Shown here: positions 24,502 to 38,800 of the stretch, piece by piece
How positions within the stretch are numbered: the first letter of the stretch is position 1
Layout of the letters: the number at the start of each line of letters is the position of its first letter
Assembly (NCBI GenBank): GCA_025603075.1
Contig: MU626261.1
Span: 1 to 64,000 of the forward strand
Direction of reading: 5' to 3'
From: Neoconidiobolus thromboides FSU 785
Lineage: Eukaryota > Fungi > Entomophthoromycota
DNA: 64,000 bases
The notes under the pieces: model-generated
Databases searched by the model: none
Told to the model about the DNA's origin: nothing
The model's input: only the letters and a program-made list of their open reading frames with translations
Position numbers and translations under genes: made by a program

Positions 24502-25167
24502 TCTAATAATAATAATAATAATAATAATAATATCTAATAATAATAATATTTTTTATTAGATTCCCAGTTTTATTAGCAATTGATGAAATTAATAATTTCT
24601 ATGGTACAACCGCTTATTTTAATAAAAATAGTGAGCCTATTCAAGCCACTCAATTATCGTTTATTAATCAATTGAATCAATTTATTAGTGGTAAAAAGAA
24701 ATTTGTAAGTTTCATTATATTTCATATTTAATAATATTTTTTTATTCTTTTAAATAGAATCAAGGATTAATTATTGGAGCTAATTCTACTATTGATTTGA
24801 AATATAGTAGTAATGAATTTAATAATAAGAATAATAAAGAAGAGATTAAATATAATGAATTTCTATCAAGGGTATCAGAGAATAAGAAGATTCAATATCA
24901 ACAATTTAATATTAATAATTTCAATCTAAAAGAAGCAGAAAGTATTTATAAATATTATAATGAAGCTCATTTAATTTTTAAAGGTAAGTCAAATTTATTA
25001 GATTTCGTTCTTTTTATATATATTATTATTCTAATTTATTATTGTATTTAATATTAATCATTTTATTTTTATTTTTAGATTTCTCTTTAAAAGAATTAAA
25101 TCGTAAATTTCTATTATCTAATGGTAATCCTAAACAATTTTTTAAATCAACTGTATGTACAGTTTAA
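23159..25167 (+). CDS. RSM23: Mitochondrial small ribosomal subunit protein mS29 (DAP3/Rsm23), multi-exon
   Basis: Presequence-like MIASTLIKGNKPWVGLKLVQQTSSLRYF; P-loop DGMSGSGKS; WVVIYIPN-AINWVNGTSSY; YQQP; FPVLLAIDEIN; last exon LLSNGNPKQF. Internal exon boundaries are approximate. Confidence 0.85.
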
Positions 25168-25277
25168 ATTTAAATAAAAAATAGATCAAGATTAGACATA
25201 AAATAAATTAAAATAAACTTCTTAATTTTAATTTTAATTTTAATTTTAAATATATAAATCAAATGCTAATAATTCAC

Positions 25278-26558
25278 CTAATAGAATAAAAAAATCAATG
25301 TATTAGAATCATATAAAAATAATAAAAAATATATTAATAACTTACAAATAAAATAATTGACATTAGATTTTGCTAAGATACTTAATGTATTAGATAAAAA
25401 TCGTTGGTGATTATCAATTTCTTTTAATAAATTCAAATTATTTTGTTCAATATTTAAACTTAAGTTTAAGATTTCAATTATGCAATTCATAATTGGTTTG
25501 GCCTAAAAAATAGGAATAAATAAATAACAACTATTATTTTATTATTAAACTTACGTTTGGTTTAACAAAACAAAAATTAGCCATTTTATTAATAAAATTA
25601 TTATGTTCTTTTTTTAATAAAAATAAATCTTCAATCTCATTTAATTTACTATTAAATATTATACATTCTGAATGAATTACCTATTAAAATTAAAATTAGA
25701 ATTATTACAATGAATTAGAATATTAATTTTAAAATTACGGTAGTTAAAAAATAAGATAATAAAGTATTAATAATAAATAATAATCGAAATCGTGCTATTA
25801 TAAAGATTGAATTATTAAATTTATCTTTATCTAAAATAAAAATGTTAATTAGTATTCTCATTATCTTAACATATAATAATATTCAAATACTTACTAATTT
25901 TTAACTTAACTTCTAGAAAAAACTTGGTGAATTTTAATTTACAAATTAATTGAAAGATTGATTGATAATATGCTAAATAAATATTATCTAATAATTTAGT
26001 AATAATTGTATAATTATATGTTAATTCATTAATATATTTAAATATTGTTATATTATTATTATTATTTAATAATATATTAACATTTTCATTGTTGAATCCA
26101 ATATTATCAAGTAGAATGGTATATTCTTTAGATGAAAATTGATTTGATGTTGTTATTATTACACTTACTTGATTATGACTTGCTTTTTTTAATAATTCAT
26201 TTAATTCATAATTATTAGGGTATTGAGCTTGATCATGAATCTAAAATAGGATAATTTAATATTAATATTATTATTATTATATTATTATTATTATAAACTT
26301 ACTTTTAAAAATAAAGAAGAAACAAACAAATGAGCAATTGAATTAAATTGAAATAAATAAATGGACTGAAATGATAAAAAATAATCTATTAATTGATAAT
26401 TTTGATTAAATAATTTATAAATTATTTTTGATGTTTGTTGATATTCTTTTAATATAATTTGTTCAATTTGAATTTCAATTTTTTTGGATATATTTTTAAT
26501 TATTATATTATTATTATTATTATTATTATTTATTACATATTTATTATTATTTATTACA

Positions 26559-26605
<47 letters not shown>

Positions 26606-28312
26606 TATTATTTGATTTGATTGGTAATTTAATTGAAATGATAATTGATTCAAGTTTAAATTAAATTGATTATTATTAATATTATTAAACAAAGGTAACG
26701 AACTATTAGTTTTAAGTAATATATCCTCACTATTATTATTATTATTATTATTATTTGGTAATAAAGACATAATAAATTGATTAAATTGATGTTCAAAATC
26801 ATCATAATTTAAACTATTATTAATATCACCCTAAATAATATATATGATATATAATATGATTAATATTTATATAAAATATATAATATAACAATTACCTTAT
26901 ATTTTTTAATTAGAATATTAAATTTACCAATATTTAATAATTTATCAATAATATGATTTAAAAAATTAGGATAAGATAAAATTATTAATTGAATTGTATT
27001 ATTAATCTTATTAATACTACACTTTATGCTTGTATATTTCTTATTTTTATTATATTGAATAAAAGTTAATATATTATTATAATCTTTGTTGTCTTTTATA
27101 ATAATATTTAAATTAAATTGTTTTTTAATAATAACTTGAGATAATAATGGATCCATATCTAAAAGATAAGTATTAAATAATATAAAGTACTCCTTATATG
27201 GATCATTTAATAAATTTCCCATTATTATCCATTCATATATTAATTTCATTATTATTTTAATACTCTTTTGAAATATTTTATTATAAATTAAATATCCTTC
27301 AATATCATTTAATTTTTCTTTCTCTTCCATTTTATATAATATTATTTCAATTATTATTGTATTAATATACACATTTTCTGATTGTTCAATTAATTCAACT
27401 AAAATAAAAATAAAAGTAAAAATAAGATAAATAAATTACTAATATACTAAATAGATTAAAATAATATTTACTTAATCCTAAGTCCATCAATAATTCAATT
27501 AATTCTAATAAATAATTTAGGGGTTTTAAATTAATTTTGATAAACTGTATGAAATTTAATAATGTATTTCTATTCTTTGTGTTTCTTAATATTTCCATTT
27601 CAAAGTAACTAATCTTATTTTGAATTTGATATAATATTCTATTAAATTCTTGAATTAATTTCAAAAATAATTGACTTGGTTGATACGCTCCTCTTGTTTT
27701 AGAATATCTAATATTAATTGAATTATTATACTATATACTATTATATATATATTATAATAAAACCTACTTTTTAATCCATAACTTTAAATAAATTATTAAT
27801 TTTAAATAGAAACTTAGTTCAATTGATAAATTAAATAGAGCCTTAGGAGATACATGAGAAAAACACAAGTTTTTACGCATCTAAAAATAAGTAAATATCT
27901 CATCAACACATTACCTACAACTAAAATCACTTACAAAAACCTTTATATTATTTAAACTCTTCAGATTCCTTTCTCCTTTTTTAATTTCAACTTTGAAGTT
28001 ATCAAAATATTCTCCAATATTCACTAATTGAAACAAATAAACCCATTGTTTTAATAAATCAATTTCTTTCATTTTATATAAAAATAATTCCATCTCAGTT
28101 TCATTTGAATAATATTCACTTCCCTTTTCCAGTTTAATATATTCTATTGAGTTATTAAAATATTGTTGATTATTGATTATTCTTTGATTAGATATTCCAT
28201 ATAATTTCTCTGTTTTTATATTGAGTAAAGTATCTATTTGAATGAAATTGGTTTTAAATATAACAGGACATTTAAAATAAATTACCAACAAAGTGAATAT
28301 TTCTGATTCCAT
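25278..28312 (-). CDS. Gamma-tubulin complex component (Spc97/Spc98 GRIP family), multi-exon, extremely AT/Asn-rich; boundaries approximate
   Basis: Exon peptides LIYEWIIMGNLLNDPYKEYFI, YPNFLNHIIDKLLNIGKFNILI and LIDYFLSFQSIYLFQ...FVSSLF resemble GRIP1/GRIP2 motifs. The exact GCP paralogue cannot be resolved by eye. Confidence 0.65.
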
Positions 28313-28537
28313 TGTTACATTCTATCTTTTCTTTTTTATAAGGCGAAACTATTCTTTCTTTACTTTGTTGATTAATATTCATTGATTTCATTTGAATATC
28401 ATTATTAAAACTCATAATTTAAATTATTTTTTTTAAAAGAAGATTTATAATTTTGAAAAAAGTCAGCTTTATTCCCTTAGTTTTTATTAAATTTTATTTA
28501 GTCCATTTTAAAAAATAATAACTAAAAGTTTATCAAA

Positions 28538-28882
28538 ATGGTACAAATTCAAATCAATCCTAATGAACCCACTCAACAAATACTTCATAATTCGGAGTTA
28601 ATTCTCTTAGACTTACAAGGTGTTATTGAGCACAACATTGAGTCCTCAGCTTCTAATACTTCTATCACAGTAGGTGATTTAACTTTCTCTCCAACATCTA
28701 ACAAAGTATTATTAACTATTGAGAATTATCAATTAGAAGGTGAATTAATTGAACTAAAAAAAAAGTTAGCTTATATATCAAAGAAAGAGGATGATAAAGA
28801 TTATAAATTAAATGGCATTATTAATAAAAAAATTAGGTTTAATACAAGACCAACAATAATTACTGAAGTAGAGATGATCTGA
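28538..28882 (+). CDS. CTF8: Chromosome transmission fidelity protein 8 (Ctf18-RFC subunit)
   Basis: MVQI start, LLDLQGVIE, VGDL, LLTIENYQLEGELIELKK, IINKKIRFNTRP match the Ctf8 pattern. Confidence 0.8.
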   Translation: MVQIQINPNEPTQQILHNSELILLDLQGVIEHNIESSASNTSITVGDLTFSPTSNKVLLTIENYQLEGELIELKKKLAYISKKEDDKDYKLNGIINKKIRFNTRPTIITEVEMI

Positions 28883-29060
28883 GATAGGAGTTGATTGTAT
28901 TGAGTGGTTGGTTTTTATTGGTTAGAAATAGTTAATTGAACCAATAAAAAATTACATATATATATATCTGCATTTTTAAGTAATTATCATTTTAATATTT
29001 TTTTAATATATTTTTTATATTTTTTATATTTTTTATAATTTAACCTAATCTTCAGTTAAA

Positions 29061-29742
29061 ATGTTATACAATTTTTATATATTTAATCGAGAATGTGAGT
29101 GCGTTTATTATATTGAATTTCAAAATCGAATCAATTTTACTCAAACAGGAGGTTTAAAACCAGGAAGTACAATTGATTATTTTATTTGGCCGGATTATAA
29201 ACAAGGGTATGATATGGAATATTATAATATGAATTTTAATGAAGCTGAATTTATTGAGAAAAATAAGTTATTATATGGTACCATTTTCTCACTAAAAAAC
29301 TTTATTTTAAAACTATCTGAAAAATTAGAGTAAGTTTTATTTTATTTTATATCTATAATTTTTTATTGATTTTTTAAATTGATTTTTTAAATTTAGAGAT
29401 GGTTTCTTTACCTTTAGTACTGACTCGTATAAATTGCATTATTTTGAAACTTTATCAGGTTTAAGATTTGTATTAAATTCCGATATTAATTGTAAAAATC
29501 AAAAAGATACATTAAAATATATATTTGAATCCATCTATATCAATAATATACTAAAAAATCCACTGTCAATAACAACAAATACCAGTGCTATGGAAAATAT
29601 TAATCTTAACGATGATGATGAAGAAGGAGAAGAGATAAATAATGAAATAGAAGATAAAGTAAAAGGTCATTCTTGGTCTTTTAACAATCATTTATTTTCA
29701 TCAAATTTAATCAAATATTTAACACAATCAGGGTTAATCTAA
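29061..29742 (+). CDS. BET5: TRAPP complex subunit Bet5/TRAPPC1; 2 exons (29061-29329, ~29397-29742)
   Basis: MLYNFYIFNRECECVYY, KLLYGTIFSLKNFILKLS, GFFTFSTDSYKLHYFETLSGLRFVLNSD, ILKNPL (Sybindin-like fold). Confidence 0.85.
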
Positions 29743-29823
29743 AATAAAGAATATCATAATAGTTTTATTTTATTGCTTAATATTAAGTTATTCTTCATTT
29801 TCACTTTTATTTTTGTTTTTATT

Positions 29824-30612
29824 TTAAAACCTTCCAATATTAGCAATCAATTGATTAGCTTTTTCAACTAACATTTTAGGATCAAAAGTATCCACTTCAT
29901 CAACAGTATCTTTGGCATTTGGAAGCAATTCAGCTATCTTTAATAATAGTTGTTTTTCTAATAATAATAATAATAAAATTAAACAAATGAATTAATGTAT
30001 ATAAAAAACTCCTTACTTGAAGTAATGTCATCAAAACAATAAAATCCATTATCCAATAATAAATTTACTCGAATACGACCATAATTATCAAAATCTTTAG
30101 GATGACGTTTTAATACCTATTTAATATAAAGTCAATATTATTCATACTCAATATATGTTTCTTTAAATTCAATAAAAATTGATATTTAAACCAATAAAAA
30201 TCTTCCTTACTTCAAACGTTGTTTTTAATCCCAAATTATGTGTTACATAAAGTAAGTGTAAAACATTTGGTTTATCAATAGCTAATTCTTTATTAACCCT
30301 TCTACCACCACTTCCAAATTTTCGTGCTTTATCAAAATAAATTGGATAGATAACGGTCCAACTAATATAAAAAAAAGATGTTAAATTCCTTTCTAAATAC
30401 TTAAAAAAAGAGAATCATCAACTATTAATTTCTTTTTTTTAAAAGTAGATACAAAGTAATTAATAGAAACAAAAACAAATTCTAACTTACTCTTTAAACT
30501 TTTGTTCATCTTCAGAATAAATCATTTTCTTAGGTCCAACATTACTAAAATCATCCACAGCAACTACCCCTGGTAAAGGGAAATCCATATCATCAACATC
30601 TTCAGGATTCAT
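29824..30612 (-). CDS. SEC65: Signal recognition particle subunit Srp19/Sec65, 4 exons; absent from the ORF track
   Basis: Manual splice: MNPEDVDDMDFPLP...WTVIYPIYFDKARKFGSGGRRVNKELAIDKP...KRHPKDFDNYGRIRVNL...KQLLLKIAELLP. Confidence 0.85.
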
Positions 30613-30981
30613 ATTGAATTTCTTAAATTTTATATAAAAAATAAAATATCAACATTTAGGAACTTATTGAAATTTAACACATCAATAAAGTTGCAAAAAG
30701 TAACTGCAAAAGGCTACAATTAAAGAATTTGCTAATAGAGCAATTTAAATGTGAAGTTGAAGATTTTTTAAACAATTTTGGTTTTTTAAATATGAAAAGT
30801 AAACAAAATAGTAAAAAGCATCCCCAATATTTAAAATTATAATTTTATAATTACAAAGATTAATTATAATTTTAAACTTAGGTTAAACTAAAATATATAA
30901 ATTAAATAACTAAAAAATTAACAATATAATTTAAAATTTAAAATGATAGTATTTTATAAAAGAAATTATTAAACTATAAGA

Positions 30982-31086
30982 CATGGGGATGTATTTTTTC
31001 GTTTAAGAATTTTACTGATAGCCTTTCCACCTAAATGGTGCTTAAAAAAATAGAAAAAGTGATGGAGCCAAAAAAACATGTGCATA
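30982..31086 (+). mobile_element. MITE-like copy
   Basis: CATGGGGATGTATTTTTT...GGAGCCAAAAAAACATG, right end degenerate. Confidence 0.75.
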
Positions 31087-32368
31087 TTTTAGACAATAAT
31101 ATATAAATCAAAATATAATACTGTTTTGAAATACCACTAAGTAAAAGAAAGCAGACAAGCTGTTTCATAAATAAAATTATACATAACTTAACCTACACAT
31201 ATAAATCGTGAAATCTAGTACTCAATGATTGGAGTCAAAAACAGCTATTGCCTGGCTGATTACACTGTAAGTCGAAAGGTCTTAGTTTATGTGACTAAGA
31301 TAGATTTGAATTATGAAGAATAGCACATAATAGGCTACGGACTATGTAAGGCAAATAGAACTGATACTACTACTGTAAAATCTTCGTAAAATACTATTAA
31401 GTAAACTTAGTGGCTTTATTAAATGTTCAAGATATCAGGGAATAATTCAGTTAAAAAGCCTCGAGCTATTATGTTTTAGAATCTCTTTTATACTCCGACA
31501 AGTATATATATCAAAATGAGAGGATAATATTCTTTGAGACGAAGGTAGAAATTCTTATAGCAAATCAAAATAAGAGCACGGGATTGATTGTCTCTAAACT
31601 TGAGAACACAACACAGCTTAGGCGATTAGTATGTTATAATTAACTATGGGGCTGACAGAGCAATATCTCAAAATTAAACAAATAAATAATACTGTCAATA
31701 TTATATATACAGTCTATGAAAGTTATGATATAGAAACAAAGATTAAAATTATATATAAATATTTAAAAAAAGTTATTATAAAAAGTTAAATAAAGTGAAA
31801 TTAAGTTATAAATAAAAAATTATAAAAATTATATTATTAATAATCAAAGTATTATTATTAAAATTAAAATAATATTATAACTTAATATTAAAATTTGTAA
31901 TAAAATAAATAAAATCAAAACTTTTTCAAAAGCACAGATTACAATAAAGCTATAATAATATGATTTTTTTGATTTTAACTTTCATTTAATAGTTTGGCCT
32001 GACAATATCTACCTATCCATAAAACGACTATAATCCAATTTCAGAAGTGTTGACCTTCTAACTTATTTGTTCTTATTAATTTCCAAATAAGGACATTTAC
32101 TCTCTTTCAAGTTCAAGGTTTAAAAGATTTTTTTATCTTTTATAATTTTAACCAATCACTTAAAATTAAATAAGCTGTAGTTTCCAGCCTTTACTACTTT
32201 TATCAACCATCTCCTTTAATAAAACAATTCAATTAAACTTAGACCTCAATTACAGACAATTACTAACAATTAATGTCAACATAATAACTCTCAGTTTATA
32301 TTTAAAGATAATAAAAAATAATGTTTAATTTGAATGTTTATTTTATTTAAAATTAAAGATAATTAAGC

Positions 32369-34121
32369 TTATAACTCATCCTTTTCTTCTTCTTCAGCCT
32401 TTTCACTTGAGTCTTCTTCTTCAGCTGATTCTTCAGACTTCTTAAGTTCAACTTTAGCGTCATTACTAATAAAATAAATTAGTAAAAAAATACATAAATG
32501 AAATAACAAAAAGAAACTTACACAGCATTTTCAGCAAGGAATTTAGCTAAATCTTCAAGAGTACGATCACCTTCATATTCAACGATTTCCTTATCTTTAC
32601 CAGCTTTGAAAAGTTTGATTGTTGGGAAGCCATTGACTTCAAATTTAGCACCATATGGAAGATCGTTATCAATAACATCCATCTTAGCAATAACAATATT
32701 CTTTTTATCGGCATAAGCTTCACCAAGTTCCTTGTAGATTGGTTCTATAAATTAATAAGTGTCAATGATCCTGAAATTTTAAAAAAATAAACTTACCAAG
32801 CTTCTTGCAGTGTCCACACCATGGAGCATAGAATTCAACTAAGACATCCTTATCAGCTTCATTAACAATTTGATCAAATTCATCAGAAACAATAACCTTG
32901 ACAGGTCCATCGTTCTTTTCTGGGGCAGCGGCAGATTTAATAGATGGTTTTAAATCACCAGCTAAAAATTCTTTAACGAATTTGGTAATAGCCTTGGCAT
33001 TGAGTTCTTTAACACCATCAAGTGGGAATTTACCAGCTGGTTCAATTTGTTGAATACCGAAAGCTGGGAATTCTTCTTTAAGGTTAATAGATTCAGCATG
33101 ACGTCCGTAGAGAGTAGCATTAAGGAAAACAAAGTTAATCTTGCCTTTGGTTTCTTTAGCAAGGTCTTTGAGATCTTTATCATAAGTTTCACGATCTTCT
33201 ACTTTATCAACGAAGATGTAGGCAATTGGCTTCTTAGAATCCATATAAGTAGCAAAGTTGGAAGGACCAATTTCATCAATGAGAGGGATAGAGTTAGTTT
33301 TGATGAATTCAAGGAGATCTTCTTCGTTAACTTTACCATCATAAACGTTTTTACCTTCATCGAATTGTTTATAAAGGACAAATCCATTCTTAGAGGCACC
33401 TTCTTTCTTGGCTACTTTTTTATCTGAGACAGCACCAAAGAGGAAATCGTTACGGTGTTTCTTGGCAAGCTCATCAAGAACTTTACGTTCTTTGCTACCT
33501 TCTTCAACAAAACCAATAAGTACTACTCTATCGGAAGTAGAGAACTTTTCAAATTCATCAGCTTTGAGTTCAGAAACAGCTGGAAGAGCTTGTCTAAAAA
33601 GATGTTAATTATGTATAAACTAAGAGCAGTTATAAACCTACTTCTTCATGAAGCTAACTATAGCGTCACTCTTACGTTGACCACCATAACTGGAAGCATT
33701 ACCATCACTATTAAAAAGGTCAGTTCAAATCAAAAATAAATAGCATAGTGAAAATTACGAGAAAACTTTGAGGGATGGATAACCTTGGATACCTTCTTCT
33801 TGGCAGATATCTTGTTCAACGGTACAATCAACCTTAGCAATTTTGATGTTATGTTCTTTAAGGGCAGTAGCAGCAAGCTCGTATTCAGGAGCTAAATCCG
33901 GGTTAAACCAAGCCTAATTTAAACAAAAAATAAAACTTACCAAGAGCTTTGCAGTGACCACACCATGGAGCGAAATATTCAACTAAGATGAGTTTTTCAG
34001 CCTTAAGGGTACTAGCATAGTTTTCCTTGTTAAGGTCTAATACGTCAGAAACCTTAGCTTCTTCACCACGGAAACCAGCAGCGAAAAGTAAGGTATAAGC
34101 AATTTGATTTAAAAATTTCAT
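32369..34121 (-). CDS. PDI1: Protein disulfide isomerase (a-b-b'-a'), multi-exon
   Basis: Signal peptide, two APWCGHCK active sites, GYPS/GFPT cis-Pro loops, acidic tail ending KDEL*. Confidence 0.97.
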
Positions 34122-34686
34122 TATAGATATGACGGATGAATGAAAAGAATAGTTATCAAGTTTTTGCTTTTTGCTTTTTTTATATACTTTTTATTTTACT
34201 TGGTATCCTTTTATTCGCTGATATTCGACTCTAAACGAAGAGCCTTTTTATTGGTTAAGAATGAAGACTTTCAGGGAGTATTAAGCTCCTATGATGTAAA
34301 TAGCTAAGCTTATTCGCTACAGAGTAAACTGCATATATATTCATGAGGATGCCCCTTGATGTACTATAGCCATTTATAACTGTAGCTTTTTATTGTAAGT
34401 TCCTTTTCAAGCATGAAGTTTATTACCCACACTATTAGTAATATGCATATTAATCATTAATTATTTTACCTTTTTTTGTATTAATAATTTATTTAAACTA
34501 TCAAACTTAGCTGGCACTATTGATTGGTTTAATTACAATGAACAACTTATTGCTCAAATTAGTATCGGCCAATTAAGCTTGTCCATCTCATCGCAATAAA
34601 GTTGTAAGAATATGATTGGAGTAAATCTAAAAGTTTAATTTACATAAATAATAAAAATCGAAATTTCATCAACAAACAAAACTCAA

Positions 34687-35616
34687 ATGTTGGATCTATT
34701 ATTTTGTATTGGTGGTATCTATGGATGTTTTTTAACATGGGGGGTATTACAGGAGAGGGTATCAACAACAGCTTATGGTTTGCTAAATGAAAAATTCAAC
34801 TATTTTATATTTTTAAATTTTATTCAAGCTACTATTGCATGCCTGGTGGCATTTACTTATATTAAGTTGACAAAGAGGAGTATTGGTACACCAAGTAGAG
34901 AGTTATTGGCCAAGGTGGCCCAAGCTGCTGTGACTAATGCCTTAGCTTCTCCTTTCGGTTATGCTTCATTGAAACATATTGATTATCCCACTTTAGTATT
35001 AGGAAAGTCGTGTAAGTTGGTACCAGTCTTGTTATTAAATGTAATATTGTATAGACGTAAGTTCCCGCTATATAAGTATTTAACTGTGTTTTTTGTCACC
35101 TTGGGAGTAGCTTTATTCATGTATCTAGAGCCCAATAAGAAAAGTTCTAAAGTGGTAAGCTCTTCGGTTTATGGTTTATTTTTAGTGTTTATGAACTTAT
35201 TGATGGATGGGGTGACCAACTCAACACAGGATCAAATATTCATTAAACATAAACTTACCTCCCAGCAAATGATGTTTTATATGCAATTGTTTTCGGCTGG
35301 TTTGATGTTTTTTTGGTTGATAAATCCATATAATCCAGAACTTAGTCAAGCTTTGAGCTTTTGCTCAAGAAACTCACAAGTTTGGAAAGATATCTTATTA
35401 TTTTCTTTATGTGGTTCATTAGGTCAATGCTTCATCTTTTATACCTTGGAAAATTATGGGTCTTTGGTTTTGGTCACTGTAACAGTCACCAGAAAACTTT
35501 TTACTTTGTTATTATCCCTCTTTTTGTATAATCATACTCTCACATTTGACCGTTGGTGTGCTGTCGGTCTCGTTTTCTTTGGTATTGGAATCGAAACTTT
35601 TGCTAGACTCAAATAA
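34687..35616 (+). CDS. HUT1: UDP-galactose transporter homolog / ER nucleotide exchanger (SLC35B1 family), intronless
   Basis: GIYGCFLTWGVLQERV, SPFGYASLKHIDYPTLVLGKSCKLVPV, DGVTNSTQD, GQCFIFYTLENYGSL, VTVTRKLFT. Confidence 0.92.
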   Translation: MLDLLFCIGGIYGCFLTWGVLQERVSTTAYGLLNEKFNYFIFLNFIQATIACLVAFTYIKLTKRSIGTPSRELLAKVAQAAVTNALASPFGYASLKHIDYPTLVLGKSCKLVPVLLLNVILYRRKFPLYKYLTVFFVTLGVALFMYLEPNKKSSKVVSSSVYGLFLVFMNLLMDGVTNSTQDQIFIKHKLTSQQMMFYMQLFSAGLMFFWLINPYNPELSQALSFCSRNSQVWKDILLFSLCGSLGQCFIFYTLENYGSLVLVTVTVTRKLFTLLLSLFLYNHTLTFDRWCAVGLVFFGIGIETFARLK

Positions 35617-35800
35617 TAATCAATTTTGCTCTCCTTTTAATTTTTAATTCATCTCAATTTTAATTATAATAAAAACTCGAATTTATTTGTAATAAGCTAT
35701 TTCGAACTTTGTAAGGGTACAATTGTATAATTTAAAATAACTTTTTAAAACTATATTTAAATAAGATATAATTTATTGTAAAAATAATACCATATTACAT

Positions 35801-38800
35801 TTAATATCTTACTGGTTTAAGAGTTGTTTGTTTGGGGTCCCTATCGGGTTCGTTGAGCCTAATGAACTTAGTATCCGGACCCGCCATATATACAATATCA
35901 CTAGAAAATTAATTTAAATTTTTAAATAGTTGAATGAAATTTACTTAATGGATTGAGGGGTAATTAAAATATGTTGTACTCCTTTGGACATTCTAGCTGA
36001 ATTGATAAGTAGTTCGGCCGAAATTTTTCTATTAGCGTCATCCATAAATACATCAAATTCATCCAAGCTAAGTAAAAAAAGAGTAAATCGATAAGTTAAC
36101 TATTTGTAAGATTAAATACCATCTGATAGGACATTCAATAGCTTCCCAAAAGGAAAGTAATAAGCAGATGGTGGAATATGATTTTTCACCACCAGATAGG
36201 GATTTAGGATCATTACTAGAAGTCAAAGCTCCTCGATCACCTTTATTAACTTGAACCTAAGAATTATTAGTATGATAAGCCAATGACAACAACAATATTA
36301 ATACATGTGGAATTAATTTTTCGTTAGTATGGTCAATTTCTAATTTCCCAGAAAACCCACGGTGGGAAAGCTGATATACAAATAGAGAGCGTATTCTTTT
36401 ACTAATTGATTGCCTAAAAAACTCCCATTTATCTCTACGTAGTTGTAATGCATTATGAAGCTCCTGTTTGATAAAACATAAATTATCTCTTTCTTTAACT
36501 TTAACATTTTTTTACCTCAATAAAATTCTGCATACTATTTGTTTCGCTTTTCGCTTTTTTGTATCGAAGTTTCTTATCTTCATATTCAGTAAGACATTCT
36601 TGTAAGTTTTTACCAACACTAATCAAATGGATTATTTTATGGTTTTTAACAAATAAATATTCAATTACACATTCTGAGCCCTTTCTAATTGTTGCTCAAG
36701 TTTTTGGATTTCTTTGTCTAAAACCTCTGGCGTTTGTGTTACTTTTACCCTTTGCGGGCAATAAATCAAGGCTGTTTTCATCCTTTTCTATTTTGTTATA
36801 GAATTTGAATATTAAATAATCATATATTATTATCAATAAAAGCTTACCTCTAGCTCCTCTTGATTGTTATTGCGATCGACTTGGATGCGATCTAGATTAG
36901 TATTGAGCTCATTCAACTTTGCATTGTAGTGCTCAATCCTAAATCTTATTTTTTCAATGTTTTCAATTTCTTTATTTTTTCTTTCCTATTAAAAGCATTA
37001 ACAAAGACAACAAACTTACAATTTACAATTTACTTCAATTGAATGTTTGCCTTTTTTGAATGCTAGAATCTCTGTTCTAACCTTTTCAAATTCTTCAGCA
37101 CAATTATCCTTTTCAAGTTTAGCTATTCTATGTGATTCAACTGCTGCTTTGAATTGGTTTTTGAATATATCCCGTCTATTATTACTTTCCTAAAATCTAA
37201 TGTTAACTAAATTCTATTCAAAAACATCAAATTACTTGAAGAGATTCTTCCAATACTGCAATGTTAGCTGTTTCTTCTGCCTATATAGAAAGCATAAATT
37301 CATTTTAGAAATCAATCAAGTAATTAAGCATACTGCCAACTCTTGCTCTAAATCCTCTTTTCTAACTTTCAATTGTCGAATGTTGCCTTTGATAGTTATA
37401 TTATTATTCTAATAATTAGTAACCTGACTTCCTATTCTGAACTGACTATTACCTTGTATTCTCTAATTGTTTTATCTAAACCCCTTTCTTCGTTCTGGCA
37501 ATTCTTTAATATTTTGGTCTGCTCGTTCAACTCTTGTTGCAGCTGGTTGACTGCATCTCTCAACTTTTGAGATGCTGCTTCATTACCTTGACTCAATCTT
37601 GATGGTCCATTATATAGATTTATTGCTATTGTTTGGTAACCTCCGCCTCTATACAAAACAATGAGCAATTTTTATTTAAACTTAAAAAGAATTACTTAGT
37701 ACCAACTTGAAAGCCATCAACGGTAAAGCAAGAGGCAACATTATGAGGTGGTCGGTACATAACTTCATCAGCTGTTTTACGGTCTTCAATCAGAATAATC
37801 TTTTCTATTTTATTAGAAACAATCAACTGCCTTTTTACAATTTCATCTGAAAACTAAAATCAATTTTAGCCATTTTAATATATTAAGTGTATGTCCATTA
37901 TGCATTCACCTCTAGTGCTCTCAATATAGTTAGATAGCTTTTATCTGGCTCTCCTACTGAGTAATCAAATTGATCTAATGAAGACACGAATATACGATTC
38001 TGACTAAATTAAAAATTAAAATGGTATAAGTGTTATTCCGTAATAATTACCATCTTCTAGCACTCAGTATATTCTCTAACAATTTATGATCGCTATGATT
38101 CGTAACCATAAAAGCATCTAAAAAAGACCCAACTACTGATTCAACTACTTTGGTCCACTTAGGATGCTTAATTTTAACATATCGTCCAATTGGACCTATA
38201 GGCTTAACTGTGAATCTACGCTCCTTACTAATATCATCCAATACACCAGGTATATTAGAACCAAACACGCTTAAACTATTTGCTTTGATAGAATTATATT
38301 TATGGAGATTCTCTTTATACTGATATAATTTTGGGTCGATTTCCTTTATTTTCTGTTCTATTTGTGCAATTTCTTTCAATTTAGCCTCATGCTCTATTCC
38401 ATTATGATTGATTTTATCCTCATTCTAGTATATGTTATAACATAATATAAGAATAAATTAATCATGCTTACATCAATAATTTTTTGCTCGAATTCTTTTA
38501 ATTTTGAATCTATACTTTCGATTTTCTGAGCAATTTCTTTCTTCTTACTACCGTAGGTTAATGTTAATAGTTTACTATATATTTATAGTATTTACCTATC
38601 TCCATGATTTAGCTTATCATTTTCAGTTTGTATTTTATTCTTAAGATCTCCAATTTCAAGCTTATTCTTTTTTATTGTTGAAACTATTTCTTCTATAGTT
38701 TTCTAATTTAAACAAACGAATTATTGAATATTTTTCGTATAAAAATAAAATATTACTTCTGCATCGTCAAAACTAGCTTTTGATTGTTCACTTCTTTGTC

